The notes beneath the pieces were generated by a model. That model made no database searches and was not told where the DNA came from. It saw only the letters and a program-made list of their open reading frames with translations. DNA of 64,000 nt from Macrostomum lignano (lineage: Eukaryota), in the NCBI GenBank assembly GCA_002269645.1, contig NIVC01002716.1, positions 1 through 64,000 on the forward strand. The letters are read 5' to 3'. How positions within the stretch are numbered: the stretch's first letter is position 1; every line of letters begins with the position of its first letter. Shown piece by piece: positions 24,730-36,900 of this stretch. A program made the translations under genes and the position numbers.

Positions 24730-25116
24730 CTAGCTGTAGGGCTGCACATAGTTGTAGGGGAACACGCCGCGCCGCCCGTCCTCAGTCTCGCCCAGCCACC
24801 AACTCTCATCCTCCTTGCCCAGTACAGTGATGACGTCATTCTGACGGAACCGCAGCTCGTCCGGATCCTGCGGATTGAAGTCGAACAGGGCCACCACCCG
24901 CTGCTGGCTGGGCAAGGCGGTGGTCTGGGGTCCGGCCGGGGCGGCCCTGTTCTGGGCAGGGCCTGAGGGCACCGCTATCGGGTCCACCATGTCGCGCAGC
25001 AGCATGTGGCTGTTAGTCTGGCTGATGGAGTTCAGCCTGTGGTATTGGATCATCTGGTTGATGCTGTCGAACTTTGTAAACCACAGGTAGTACTTGCCGG
25101 CCTCGTCTTTTAGCAC
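24730..25116 (-). CDS. GRB2: GRB2/Drk adaptor, exon 2 (end of SH2 and C-terminal SH3)
   Basis: VLKDEAGKYYLWFTKFDSINQMIQYHR...VVALFDFNPQDPDELRFRQNDVITV...WWLGE..GRRGVFPYNYV; acceptor GCGCAG. Confidence 0.95.
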   Translation of the reverse strand: MLKDEAGKYYLWFTKFDSINQMIQYHRLNSISQTNSHMLLRDMVDPIAVPSGPAQNRAAPAGPQTTALPSQQRVVALFDFNPQDPDELRFRQNDVITVLGKEDESWWLGETEDGRRGVFPYNYVQPYS

Positions 25117-25184
25117 CTGCGCACGTGGATTGTTTGCGAGGTTAGCGTTGCACTGTACATCGGCCCCGCTTCGCAGGGGTACAG

Positions 25185-25570
25185 GGACAAGCTGCGCCAA
25201 CCCCACTCCGCTGGGGTACAGGGACAAGCTGCGCCAACCCCACTCCACAGGGGTACAGGGACAAGCTGCGCCAACCCCACTCCACAGGGGTACAGGGACA
25301 AGCTGCGCCAACCCCACTCCACAGGGGTACAGGGACAAGCTGCCGCTGCGCCAACCCCACTCCGCTGGGGTACAGGGACAAGCTGCGCCAACCCCACTCC
25401 GCTGGGGTACAGGGACAAGCTGCGCCAACCCCACTCCGCTGGGGTACAGGGACAAGCTGCGCCAACCCCACTCCGCAGGTTGCAGGGACAAGCTGTGCCA
25501 ACCCCACTCCGCTGGGGTACAGGGACAAGCTGCGCTAACCCCACTCCGCTGGGGTACAGGGACAAGCTGT
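25185..25570 (+). repeat. 37-bp minisatellite filling the GRB2 intron
   Basis: Period 37 (25201 to 25238), about 10 copies. Confidence 0.95.
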
Positions 25571-25590
25571 ACCTGCACCAAACAACCAAC

Positions 25591-25938
25591 CTTGAAGTGC
25601 TGCAGCTGGTTGCCGAATTTGACGCTGATGCTGAAGTCCGGAGCCGTGGTCTCACTGGTGCGCACCAGGAACGCTCCGTCAGGCTGTATCAGGGTGCCCC
25701 GGGCGTCCCGCTTAAGCAGGAGCTCCTCAGCGTGGCTTCTAGTGCAGTTCGGCACGTACCACGAGTGGTCAGCCATGCGAACGTAGTTGCTGGGCACGAG
25801 GCCCGACTGGCCATTCAGCTCGGCCAGGTACCAGCCCGGATCAACGTCCATGCTGAGCACCTTAAGCAGCTGATTTTTGCTAAATCTCAATTCGTCACTG
25901 TTCGACGGAGTAAAGTCGTGCAGTGCAACGGCTTCCAT
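25591..25938 (-). CDS. GRB2: GRB2/Drk adaptor, exon 1 (N-terminal SH3 and most of SH2); spliced product 244 aa
   Basis: MEAVALHDF...WYLAELNGQSGLVPSNYV...HSWY...DGAFLVRTSE...FSISVKFGNQLQHFK|GT. Confidence 0.95.
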
Positions 25939-26124
25939 TGCTCGAGTATTGTTTTCAGTCTTTCTTCATGCAAGCAACATGGTTAGGATTTGTACTGCTG
26001 CAGAGAACACTAAGATCAATGGTGTAAGGCGAATTTCTGTTGCAAACTTCTAATTGCTAATGGCAACAGTTGGTTGGTAAGAACAATAGTCTAGTTAGTA
26101 ATGCAACTGCTAAGAACGGTTTGG

Positions 26125-26275
26125 TTGCTAATGTCACTGGCCTAGTTGGTATGTCACTAGCCTAGTTGCTAATGTCACTGGCCTAGTTGCTAATGTCACT
26201 GGCCTAGTTGCAATTGTCACTGGCCTAGTTGCTAATGTCACTGGCCTAGTTGCTAATGTCACTGGCCTAGTTGCT
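26125..26275 (+). repeat. 21-bp tandem repeat CTAGTTGCTAATGTCACTGGC
   Basis: Period 21 (26161 to 26182). Confidence 0.9.
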
Positions 26276-26679
26276 AATGAAAGCTGTTGGTTGCTAAGGC
26301 TTGGCCTAATTATATTCTAAGGCTGGGTTGAATTCAAGAAATGAACCAGGCTGGCAAGGGCGTCAGCGCAGAGTTGCAAACAAACAGTTATACGCAGTTT
26401 TATTTAGGCCGTTGGTGCTCCGACTCCGAAGTTAATGTAATTAAGAAGCGGCGAGTTTCACTTGGTTACTACTTGTCAGCGTAAATGCAGCAATAAAGGG
26501 AGCCCGAGCCCCCCCCCCGTCTGACACGCATTTTGAGCCTGACTCCTCAGCTGCAGATAGCAACAATAACAAACTATACTCGATGTCCATAAAGAGCGTT
26601 GCGTATCCTTAAGAACACTCGGTCACCATGCCTACACTGAGCATTGAGTGTTCTTTGTTATCTATTTGTAATCCTGCTC

Positions 26680-26840
26680 ATAAAGAGCATTAAAGGTCAA
26701 GAACCTGAACACAAAGAACATTTAAGGTCAAGAACCTGAACACAAAGAACATTTAAGGTCATGAACTCTGCCCATAAAGAACATTTAAGGTCATGAACTC
26801 TGCCCATAAAGAACATTTAAGGTCATGAACCCTGTCATAA
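26680..26840 (+). repeat. About 31-bp tandem repeat containing AAAGAACATTTAAGGTCA
   Basis: Period 31 (26701 to 26732), about 5 copies. Confidence 0.85.
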
Positions 26841-27119
26841 AGAAACTCAACTCGCCCTTCAGCTGAACGTCAAGAGGTGTGCAACGGCATCTGCTACGAG
26901 TCGCACTAGCTAAACACAACCTGCGAAATAGCGGAATTAAAATCGAACTGGAAAAATCATGCCAGTAAAACTACAGAAAAAATAACAAAATTAGAACGAA
27001 ATTTGCATAAAGAGCGGAGCTTTTCCATTGCCGCGTACGGAACTCGAAATGCAGTCCTAGGTATAACGGAATTGCGAATTGGAGAGGGCAGAGAGAAAGA
27101 CCGAGTCATTCAGGGCAGG

Positions 27120-27168
27120 CGGGCAGACTGACAGACAGACAGACTGACAGACTGACAGACAGACTGAC

Positions 27169-27215
<47 letters not shown>

Positions 27216-27225
27216 TAGACAGACT

Positions 27226-27280
<55 letters not shown>

Positions 27281-27290
27281 GCAGACAGGC
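27120..27290 (+). repeat. (GACA)n microsatellite
   Basis: Visible. Confidence 0.95.
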
Positions 27291-27345
27291 AGTTTTTCCA
27301 GACCAAAGCCGCTATTCCAGGTAACAAAATTCACAAGCCGTCTCC

Positions 27346-27844
27346 TCAGTGGAAGCCGTTGGCGGGTGCGGCAGCGGGCGCCGCGGTCACCAGCCCGTTG
27401 CCGCCGCCGCTGCCAGACGGTACAGCCGGGTCCGGGAAGTTGGCAGGCGAGTCGTCAATCTGGTCGTAGTGAATGGCGAACTCCCGGGCCTGCACAGACC
27501 AGCTGTCCGTGTCCCAGCACAGGTAGCGGCCCCGCTCGCCCTCAGCTCCGGACAGCCGCTCGTGCTTGTCGCCTGACCGCGTCACCCACAGTCTGTCGGC
27601 TTTCACCCAGCGCCAGTGCCGCTTGTGCAGCTCCTTGGCGGCGCACAGCTGCAGCCGGTCGCAGGTGCAGGCGTAGAACATCCAAAACAGCGTTTCCACG
27701 GGCAGCTGGTCCAGCGGGGGCGGCGGCAGGCGGTCCCGGACTTGAAGGCCGACCAGGTACTCCAGCGGGACGGGATGGTCCGAGTACTGCGGCTTGTGCA
27801 GGCAGCAGTCGGACAGGGGCGACGCCAGCAGGGGGTGGAGGTCG
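27346..27844 (-). CDS. CNOT2: CNOT2, last exon (NOT-box, NOT2/3/5 domain)
   Basis: DLHPLLASPL...DHPVPLEYL...RDRL...ETLFWMFY...LQLCAAKELHKRHWRW...LWVTR...ERGRYLCWD...WSVQAREF aligns with the human CNOT2 C-terminus; acceptor CTCCGCAG, phase 2. Confidence 0.92.
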
Positions 27845-27924
27845 CTGCGGAGCGGCAGAAAGGCTTCTTAATAGAGTTGGGGATGCGCGAGGTTAAAAAA
27901 ACGCAGACTGAGGGCGGCGGCGGT

Positions 27925-28850
27925 CCAGAAACTGAGGATCTGGGAGGCTGGTGGCCCAGCAACTGAGGATCTGGGAGGCTGGTGGCCCAGCAACTGAGGA
28001 TCTGGGAGGCTGGCACTGCAACTGAGGATCTGGGAGGCTGGCACTGCAACTGAGGATCTGGGAGGCTGGTGGCCCAGCAACTGAGGATCTGGGAGGCTGG
28101 TGGCCCAGCAACTGAGGATCTGGGAGGCTGGTGGCCCAGCAACTGAGGATCTGGGAGGCTGGCACTGCAACTGAGGATCTGGGAGGCTGGTGGCCCAGCA
28201 ACTGAGGATCTGGGAGGCTGGTGGCCCAGCAACTGAGGATCTGGGAGGCTGGCACTGCAACTGAGGATCTGGGAGGCTGGTGGCCCAGCAACTGAGGATC
28301 TGGGAGGCTGGTGGCCCAGCAACTGAGGATCTGGGAGGTTGGTGGCCCAGCAACTGAGGATCTGGGAGGCTGGTGGCCCAGCAACTGAGGATCTGGGAGG
28401 CTGGCTCAGCAACTGAGGATCTGGAAGGCTGGCCCAGCAACTGAGGATCTGGAAGGCTGGCCAAGCAACTGAGGATCTGGGAGGCTGGCCAAGCAACTGA
28501 GGATCTGGGAGGCTGGCCCAGCAACTGAGGATCTGGGAGGCTGGCCCAGCAACTGAGGATCTGGGAGGCTGGCTCAGCAACTGAGGATCTGGAAGGCTGG
28601 CCAAGCAACTGAGGATCTGGGAGGCTGGCCAAGCAACTGAGGATCTGAAAGGCTGGCTCAGTAACTGAGGATCTGAAAGGCTGGCTCAGTAACTGAGGAT
28701 CTGGGAGGCTGGCCAAGCAACTGAGGATCTGGGAGGCTGGCCCACCAACTGAGGATCTGGGAGGCTGGCCCAACAACTGAGGATCTGGGAGGCTGGCCCA
28801 GCAACTGACACTCTGGGAGGCTGGCCAAGCAACTGAGGATCTGGGAGGCT
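27925..28850 (+). repeat. 28/31-bp intronic minisatellite AACTGAGGATCTGGGAGGCTGG(TGG)CCCAGC
   Basis: Period 31 (27961 to 27992), with 28-bp variants. Confidence 0.95.
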
Positions 28851-29229
28851 GGCGGTCTTGCACTGATGGTTCACATGCACGACAAAGGGGCAGGTGTAAT
28901 ACTTGGATTAATAAACTACTCTTAATGCATGTTAGACGCACAGTTATTTACAACTTGCATACAAAAATACTTTCACGCAGTCAAGGCCATCCATCCGCAT
29001 CTGAAGGAAGTTCTACACAGCCCTATAGTCTAGAAGGTAAACTTAGAATAGAAATCAGACAGACATACACACCAGTAAAAAGGCCCACGAGAAAACTGCA
29101 GTGCAGCTGCAGCCTTGGGGTGGGCGGCTGGCTCGGGCGCAAGGCACTTACTTCCTCTCGCTGCTGCAGTGCGCGAACTGACATTGCTGGGGTGTACCTT
29201 CACACTGACAGTGGCATGCGCTGCGACCT

Positions 29230-30110
29230 GGCTGCAGCCCCGCCCTCCCGGTCATGCAGCCGCCATCCTCCTCGTCATGCAGCCCCAACCCTCCCGGTCA
29301 TGCAGCCCCCACCCTCCTTGTCATGCAGCCCCCACCCTCCTCGTCATGCAGCCCCTACCTTTCCGGTCATGCAGCCCATCCCTCCCGGTCATGCAACCCC
29401 CACCCTCCTGGTCATGGAAGCCACCCTCTTGGTCAGGCAGCCCCCACCCTCCTTGTCATGCAGCCCCCACCCTCCTCGTCATGCAGCCCCTACCTTTCCG
29501 GTCATGCAGCCCATCCCTCCCGGTCATGCAGCCCATCCCTCCCGTCATGCAGCCCATCCCTCCCGGTCATGCAGCCCATCCCTCCTGGTCATGCAGCCCA
29601 TCCCTCCCGGTCATGCAGCCCCACCCTCCCGGTCATGCAGCCCATCCCTCCTGGTCATGCAGCCCCGACCCTCCCGGTCATGCAGCCCCCACCCTCCCGG
29701 TCATGCAGCCCCCACCCTCCCGGTCATGCAGCCCATCCCTCCCGGTCATGCAGCCCATCCCTCCCGGTCATGCAGCCCATCCCTCCCGGTCATGCAGCCC
29801 ATCCCTCCTGGTCATGCAGCCTATCCCTCCCGGTCATGCAGCCCATCCCTCCTGGTCATGCAGCCTATCCCTCCCGGTCATGCAGCCCCCACCCTCCCGG
29901 TCATGCAGCCCCCACCCTCCCGGTCATGCAGCCCCCACCCTCCCGGTCATGCAGCCCCCACCCTCCCGGTCATGCAGCTCATCCCTCCCGGTCATGCAGC
30001 CCATCCCTCCCGGTCATGCAGCCCATCCCTCCCGGTCATGCAGCCCCCACCCTCCCGGTCATGCAGCCCATCCCTCCTGGTCATGCAGCCCATCCCTCCC
30101 GGTCATGGCA
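29230..30110 (+). repeat. 22-23-bp intronic minisatellite CAGCCCATCCCTCCCGGTCATG
   Basis: Tandem units visible. Confidence 0.95.
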
Positions 30111-30124
30111 GAGCCGCCACTCAC

Positions 30125-30660
30125 CCTTGCTGGGTCATCGGCAGGCCGACGCCATTGGGGTCCACGCCGCGCCCGATGAACCTGGTGTCCTCGCGGTTCT
30201 CCTCGCACAGCCGAATGAAGGACAGCAGGCCGAGCATGCCAAACCTGTCCCGGATGACGCGGCTGCCGCTGCCTCCGCCACCGCCGCAATCGATAGAAAA
30301 GCGCGCCAGTTCGTCCACGAGCTCCTCCCGGTCGCCGCTCAGGCCGCTTGGAGCGGCGGGCAGAGCCGGGAAATCCTCCTGCTGGATGGAGAACTCGGCA
30401 GAAGCGGCTCCCGGATTTCTGCTCACAGCGGCAACAAAGCTGGGCATGGCGGAGTGCGGCTGCTGCGGCTCCCTGCTTGACCGGCGCGAGTGTCGCCGCC
30501 TGCGTCGCTTCTCGCCCTCGCCCTCCTTGTTACTATTGGCGTGATGCTTATTGCCAGCCAGTTGGCCACTGAGCCTGTCTTCTTTTGCAAGCAACTGCGA
30601 ATTCGGCTTCAGGCTGGCAATGGAGAAGCTGTTTGCTGAGCTAGGAATTTTGACAGCGTA
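30125..30660 (-). CDS. CNOT2: CNOT2, upstream coding exon; 5' boundary and start uncertain
   Basis: EFSIQQEDFPALP (human DFSIHNEDFPALP) and DRFGMLGLLSFIR...G.D...GL; donor GG|GTGAGT at 30124, phase 2. Confidence 0.88.
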
Positions 30661-30938
30661 CTGGATTTATGTAAGGCCAGAATGCAGATAGGCTTTTATA
30701 GTGGCTGGCCACCTGGAATGGTTCTGCATTGCATTTAGTCAAATATGACTGCATGCATCCCACTGCGGGATTATAACAGCAATAAAGGTGCAGATTGTTT
30801 TCCTATTTGCAATACAAAACAAAGTTCTTCCATTCAAGCAAACTCTCATATGTATGAATAATAATGCCATAAATATTTCCATTTCAATTAAATTTTCCTT
30901 CTATATAAAACATTGAATCAAATATAAATGTACATACG

Positions 30939-32337
30939 TAGGGGCGTTCGGGGTTCGGGGTCCCGATGAATGTTCGGGATCGGGGTTCGGGGTCCCGATG
31001 AATGTTCGGGATCGGGGTTCGGGACGGGATTTTGGACCGGGATTTCGGGGTTTTCGGGGTTTCGAAAATTTTCTGAATTCCCATAGAACTACGAAAAAAT
31101 CCTTATGAATTAGAATATCGTCCTCTATGGTCTGCGGCAATTTCTTTCTGCTGATGTTGACGGCGTCGGTCGATCCATTCGGAGGCGGCTTATGGAGCAG
31201 CTGAACAAGTGCACGCTTGAGTGCAAAGACTTCAACATCTTGTTCTACAAGACCGCTGCTTTTCTAGACAATACCATCGCCGCATCGCCTCATCTAAACC
31301 TGGGTGACATGGTGGACATCCAAAACCGTCTCAAGAGTGAGGTCATCTGGAGCCTTGAGCAGGAGCTTTCTGGGCAAGATGCCGCTGCTGCTGCCAGCAG
31401 CGCAAATACAATGGCCGCTACCGAGGAGAGGCACGATTATGTCATTTCGGGTACTGAAGAGAGCTCTGGATGCAAGTTTTTGCAGTTCTGCAGATTATCT
31501 GGAAGTACCACTCACGAGTGCAATGCGACTGCGAGTGCATCGAACTCCGGCGCCAGAGGAGACGCGAGGAAGAAGGAAGCGAGGCGCAGAGCAGCTGATC
31601 AGCTTTCTCTGTACAGGAGTCTGGCGCAGCAGAATTTTCAGGTAGCAGTCAGCGAATTCTGGAAGCAGAACTCCGCTAATCTTCCAGAGCTGGCAGAGCT
31701 CGCTAAGCTTCACCTCACTGCCCCAGCATCATCTGTCCCATCAGAGTGCGCCTTCAGTTATTCTATTATCACTTGGTAGTCTGATCATTTAGATTGGATG
31801 ACATGAGAATTCAAATTATTTTAGTGTTTACTAGCGTCAACATGCATCAATGGCAATGCCACCAAAGACTAAGTAAACGAGATTAAGAAAAAGAGAGATT
31901 GATTCTTCATTGATAAGATAGCTTCCATCTCTGCAGAGAAAGAGGCACATGATGTTTCACACGTGAAACACATCAAAATTGTTGCACAATGAACACAACC
32001 ATTGAGTTTGTAAGTTCATTAGTTGTATTTGTAATCGATGGAATTGAATAATATACTGAATAAATAGTGATTCACTATTGGAAAAAGAAAACAAAAGAAA
32101 TGCAACCTGCCTTAAATTTATTTCACATTAATTTTAAGTTGAACTGAAAGTCTGAACAGACTAATAGTTGTAAGTAGCCGTCAATACCACTTTTTATTTC
32201 ATGCTATTGCTTACTTCGGGGTTATCGGGGTTTGGGGTCGGGATTAGGGTTTGGGACAGGGTTCAGGGTTCCCGATAAATGTTCGGGATCGGGGTTAACC
32301 CCAAACCCCGAAAAAAATGCCATCCCAAACACCCCTA
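30939..32337 (+). mobile_element. Internally deleted hAT transposon, 1399 bp
   Basis: TIRs TAGGGGCGTTCGGG / TAGGGGTGTTTGGG; 8-bp TSD TACATACG / TACATATG; TCGGGG subterminal repeats; transposase remnant. Confidence 0.9.
31192..31779 (+). pseudogene. hAT transposase C-terminal (dimerisation domain) remnant
   Basis: FWKQNSANLPELAELAKLHLTAPASSVPSECAFS matches the hATC motif; early stop; N-terminal domains absent. Confidence 0.85.
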
Positions 32338-33708
32338 TACATATGGCATCTTCTAGCAATTATGGTTATGCAATTAATTATTGATTATGGTTAAACCCTT
32401 GCTAAGTACAAATTTATTATTTTATCAAAGCATATATTTTAAATCTTAATATAAATAATGACATATTGTTTGGCAATATTATTTATCCTTTATAACAGGT
32501 TTTATTAATCTATTATCTTTATTAGCTAACTATATCTTATAGTATTGTATATAACATTATTTTTATACCAAGTAGTTAGTTAGCCTTTGTTAAAGTAGAA
32601 CAAAAGCCAAAGGCTTTAATTATATTAAGCTTCTATAAAGTAATCAATATTTATGAAACCCTAGCCAATATTGTCTCATTTGTCTGTATCTTTAAACTAT
32701 TGTAGTTCAAAACTCCAATTTATTTTTTACCATATTTAATAAGCTAAGAATGATAAAAGGACAAAATGAATGAGTTGTACTATGCATTTTTTATTACTTT
32801 TAGGCATGGGATATTTATACCTAAAGTGATTAGCCAAGATATAAAGATATTTTTGCTACAGTGTGTCACACTTGTTATTTGGGTTTGGAAATATTTGCTT
32901 GGCTTTTACACTTAGTAGCACTTGCCATTTGTGTGCTTAGCTAATAGCTATATTAGGTTAGGACCTATACTATCTAAGTCCTTGTCATAAGCTACAAAGT
33001 TATATACTATTGTGCAACTATAACATCCTTTTTTTCCTTTTTGCCACATTATACTACACTGCCAAAGAGACCTATCTATAAAGTATAGCATTATAGATTT
33101 ACCCAGCCATTTCTATTGGTAACACAATAATTTACATGTGTTTGTTGCCAATATGGCCAGGTCCCAGGTGATTTTCAAGATGTATATATAGGATGCTTAC
33201 TATCTAGATACTTTTTGGGGGATGTTTGTTTAGGGGATGGGGAAGTAAATATTGCTAGTTTTATTTTATGGTAACTGAAATAAATATGCTATAAATCATA
33301 CATGCCCAACCCCCTTGATTTACACTAGCCATGCAACTTAATTTTTTACTAAAAATATAACTTAGGATACCTATTAAAAAACCCTAAAGCAAAAACAATA
33401 CAACTTTGGATAAATGGAGGAGTAACTATTACTGTCTTATTAAGGCTAAATGCCTCATAAGCTAATTAGTGCTATATCTATATTCTTTGTTGGGATGGGG
33501 ATAGCGCTATATATGACCACTTCCTGATGTGTAATCAATGCGCTAAAGTTAGACGCTAAATTTGAAATTATCGATTGTAACCATTAGAGTATAAAGTTGT
33601 CTATTCTTGGTCTTGGGGCATTGTACATTAAACAACTAAAGGCAAAGCCCACCATGAATATCCAACTTGGTGATAAAGAGGCGAATGTCCATCTAAGGAT
33701 GTTCTGAC

Positions 33709-33997
33709 GGTAATAGCTAGAGTTCCGGCACCGGAACCCGTTTTCTAACAGCTAGGGATCTGGCAGTGCTGTATAGAAGCATATAAAGACTGCTAAGAAC
33801 ATATCTAAGAAGTCTGGATATTAGAAGCATCTCGTCCCGAATCTTATCATATTGTCTTAAATTTTAATCTAGAACAAAATCCCAATATCAGCCACATGTA
33901 GAAAGAAAAATATAATGTTCCATCTATATTATAATGGCACTTCCGGATCTGTAGCCATTAGAAAATGGGTTCCGGTGCCGGAACTCTAGCCATTGCC
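33709..33997. mobile_element. MITE-like element with about 65-bp imperfect TIRs
   Basis: GGTAATAGCTAGAGTTCCGGCACCGGAACCCGTTTTCTAA vs reverse complement GGCAATGGCTAGAGTTCCGGCACCGGAACCCATTTTCTAA; no clean TSD. Confidence 0.8.
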
Positions 33998-36900
33998 TGT
34001 TGGCTGTTCTGACCCCATGTGCTTGCCTTTTATTTAGGGCCATCTAACTCTGCTACTTATACTTGCATCATTTTGGCTTACTAGACTTAAAAATTTACCA
34101 TCTCTCTGATCTATATTTTGCCTGAAGATGCCAATTGTTCAACAAAACATGTTGCACAAAGATTAGGCCTTAATAAATTGTAATTTCATATTATTAAAGA
34201 AAAAATGAGAATATCTACCATGCAACTTCTAGACCTCCACAAATTGACAAATATGGCCTAGGCTAGGCCCTACCACTACCAGTCTTAATCCTAGATCTAG
34301 GCTAGCCCTAGCTAGGCCTAACCCTAAGTATTTGACTTATCTAGCATTCTGCTTAAAAGCCTAAATTACAGACATTTTTTTATATTAGGCCTGGCCAATC
34401 TTCCAATGCAATTCAAATGTCAATGTCAGAAATTCAGAATCAAATGCCAGTGAAATAGTGTCATAAAAATTGAAATGAGCTTACAATAGCTATAAGCTAT
34501 ATCCCCAGTATATTATATATGGCTTGGCCTTGCAGTTGCAGTTGCAGCTTGCAGGCTCATCATTGATTTGTAATTCGCTACTTTACATTTTACATATACT
34601 AAATTGCTAAATTAAAGATCTTCTCATACTACAATGATCCATTAGGCTAGACCTAAGAGTTAGGTGGGAGGGCAGGTACACGATTGTCTACTCATGCAGT
34701 TCGCTTGATTTAGTGAACTACGGAAATATTTTAAAGGTCATTAAAAAGTAGCAATAAAGTCTTTAATTTTGTGAAAATAAAACTTTTGAACCACAGGTAA
34801 AAAGCATAAGTTTCTAAACTAATAGTCTTTTTTTATTCGCAGTAAGCTTAATATGCGTTGTTTTAATGACTTTTAGTTACATTGCTAAAATTTAAAATGT
34901 TTTTTTCTTCGAAAGCAAATGCCGGTTCCTGAAAAATACCAAATGCCATATTTATAAATCATTCCAGTTTTGTTGTCTAAATTTTTCCATTTTTCAGGCA
35001 TCAAGCATCGCTCCTAAATCAGACACCATTGTTTCTGAATAAAACGCTACTCGTCGCCTAAGTGAAAAATTTCCTTCTTCCTGGAATAATCTGTTGCCAA
35101 AAGGCTTGGCACCCACAATGCCAGATACATAACATCAGATAGCCATGACAGATGACAAGTGACTACAATATTTTGAAACTATTATTCATATTAAGCTTAT
35201 TTTTTAATAATTTATTCTAAAGTAAATAAGAATGCTGCTGAAAATGAAATGCTCTTATTTTGTTTTTATATACATTGTATATGGCCTATTCTATAGCTTT
35301 ATTAAATTTGCAAAATCAGTTTTCTTGTCTTTTTTTCTTATATATGAGCTGAGCAAAGTCACTAAGCTATATCATTTAATAGTTTTTACAGCTATCGATA
35401 TATTAATATCATACATTATTTAATGATTTATACTGTTATTAGTATATAGATTACTAAGACCTAAGATTTTGAATATTGCCTATTTTTACCTTGAATTTAA
35501 AATTTTGAAAATTTGAACTTCACCTTGAATGTTATAGTTCCAGTAGGCCTATGAAATAGTTTTATAGCATGAGTTAATTTTGACATCTTTATTTTTAATT
35601 ATAATTTTTATATAGGCCATGGACATTGCTAATAGCATATAAAGATGATATATCTTAGGCATTGGTCATATCTGGGTTTTTTTGTGCGAATGGGTGTGAA
35701 TAGCATCCTGGTCTTAAAAATCGCACCCTGAAATTTGACTCAGGGTGCGAAAAGTGCACCCAAATTTTTGCAAGGATGTGATGCGGGTTTTACAATTTAG
35801 TGTTTTATTGTTATGGACATCTTAAGTCCATAACTTCGTATTCTTAGAATTAGCCAGTAATTTTTTGAATCTTTAATTAATGTAAAGCAATTGTCAACTA
35901 TCAATTAGATTTTGGTATTGGTAAGCACAACCTGATGAATTGAATACTGAATAGTACACTCTTGCAGTTAGGCAGCAAGCTCAAGCATTGAGTTTAAGTT
36001 GTTTAATTATTCAAATAAACTTAATAAGGCATCTAATTATAGACTTAATTCTAAATTAAACGATTTATTGATATTGCTGCATTGGCATGATTTGATGATT
36101 GGCTTATAATATTTGATTTGCTTAATATAAGGCTATACTATAAGCTATAGTATAATTATATATATAGGCCACTCCCCATTGTATTAAACAGTTAAACTTA
36201 TAACTTATGAAATGTTTATGTTTATTGAGCTAAGCTCAATATTGAGCTAGGCTGAGGGGAAAATTATAAGGAGATCAAACAATTAAGTTAAGCATTTGGA
36301 ATTTGGATCATCTTTGGATGGTTTGGATGGACAAAAACTTTGAAACACTATTAGTATTAGACCAGTTTTTGTCTGCAGCAGTGCAGCGCATCCTGGTCTT
36401 GAAAATCGTACCCTGAAATCTAGCACAAGGTGCGAAATTGCACCCAAGTTATGGATGAAAAAAAAACCCTAAGGTCATAGAAATATTACTTATAAGTGTA
36501 GTTTTAATTTGAGATTTTTAATGAATCTTTTTTATGGGTTAGGACACAGAAAAGTTGCATAGAAATGGCACATAGATAGTGCATAGATTTCCTTCTGAAA
36601 ATGTATTCTGCTCTGCAATATATTATATTATTATCTTGTCTTGATTATAGATTGGTAAAAATAGAGCTATAAAAGAGTTGAAGTAATAATTAAGCTGTTT
36701 CACTGTATTATGGCTGTAATCTCTTTGCCTATAGGAGCAGATCTAGAAAACATTTGAGGTGGCCAACCTATACAATACTAAGCCATTTTAAAAATAGTAA
36801 TGTAGCTAAAAATTATAAAATATAGTGAAGTACATAGTGACAATTTCATTTACTTGTAGTATAGACATGTATAGAATGCATGTGCACTAGGGATTATTTC

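Noticed and set aside
24730-25938. 402-aa GRB2 as the main product
   Set aside because: The central 158 aa are a GT-AG intron; the spliced 244-aa form restores the SH2 domain
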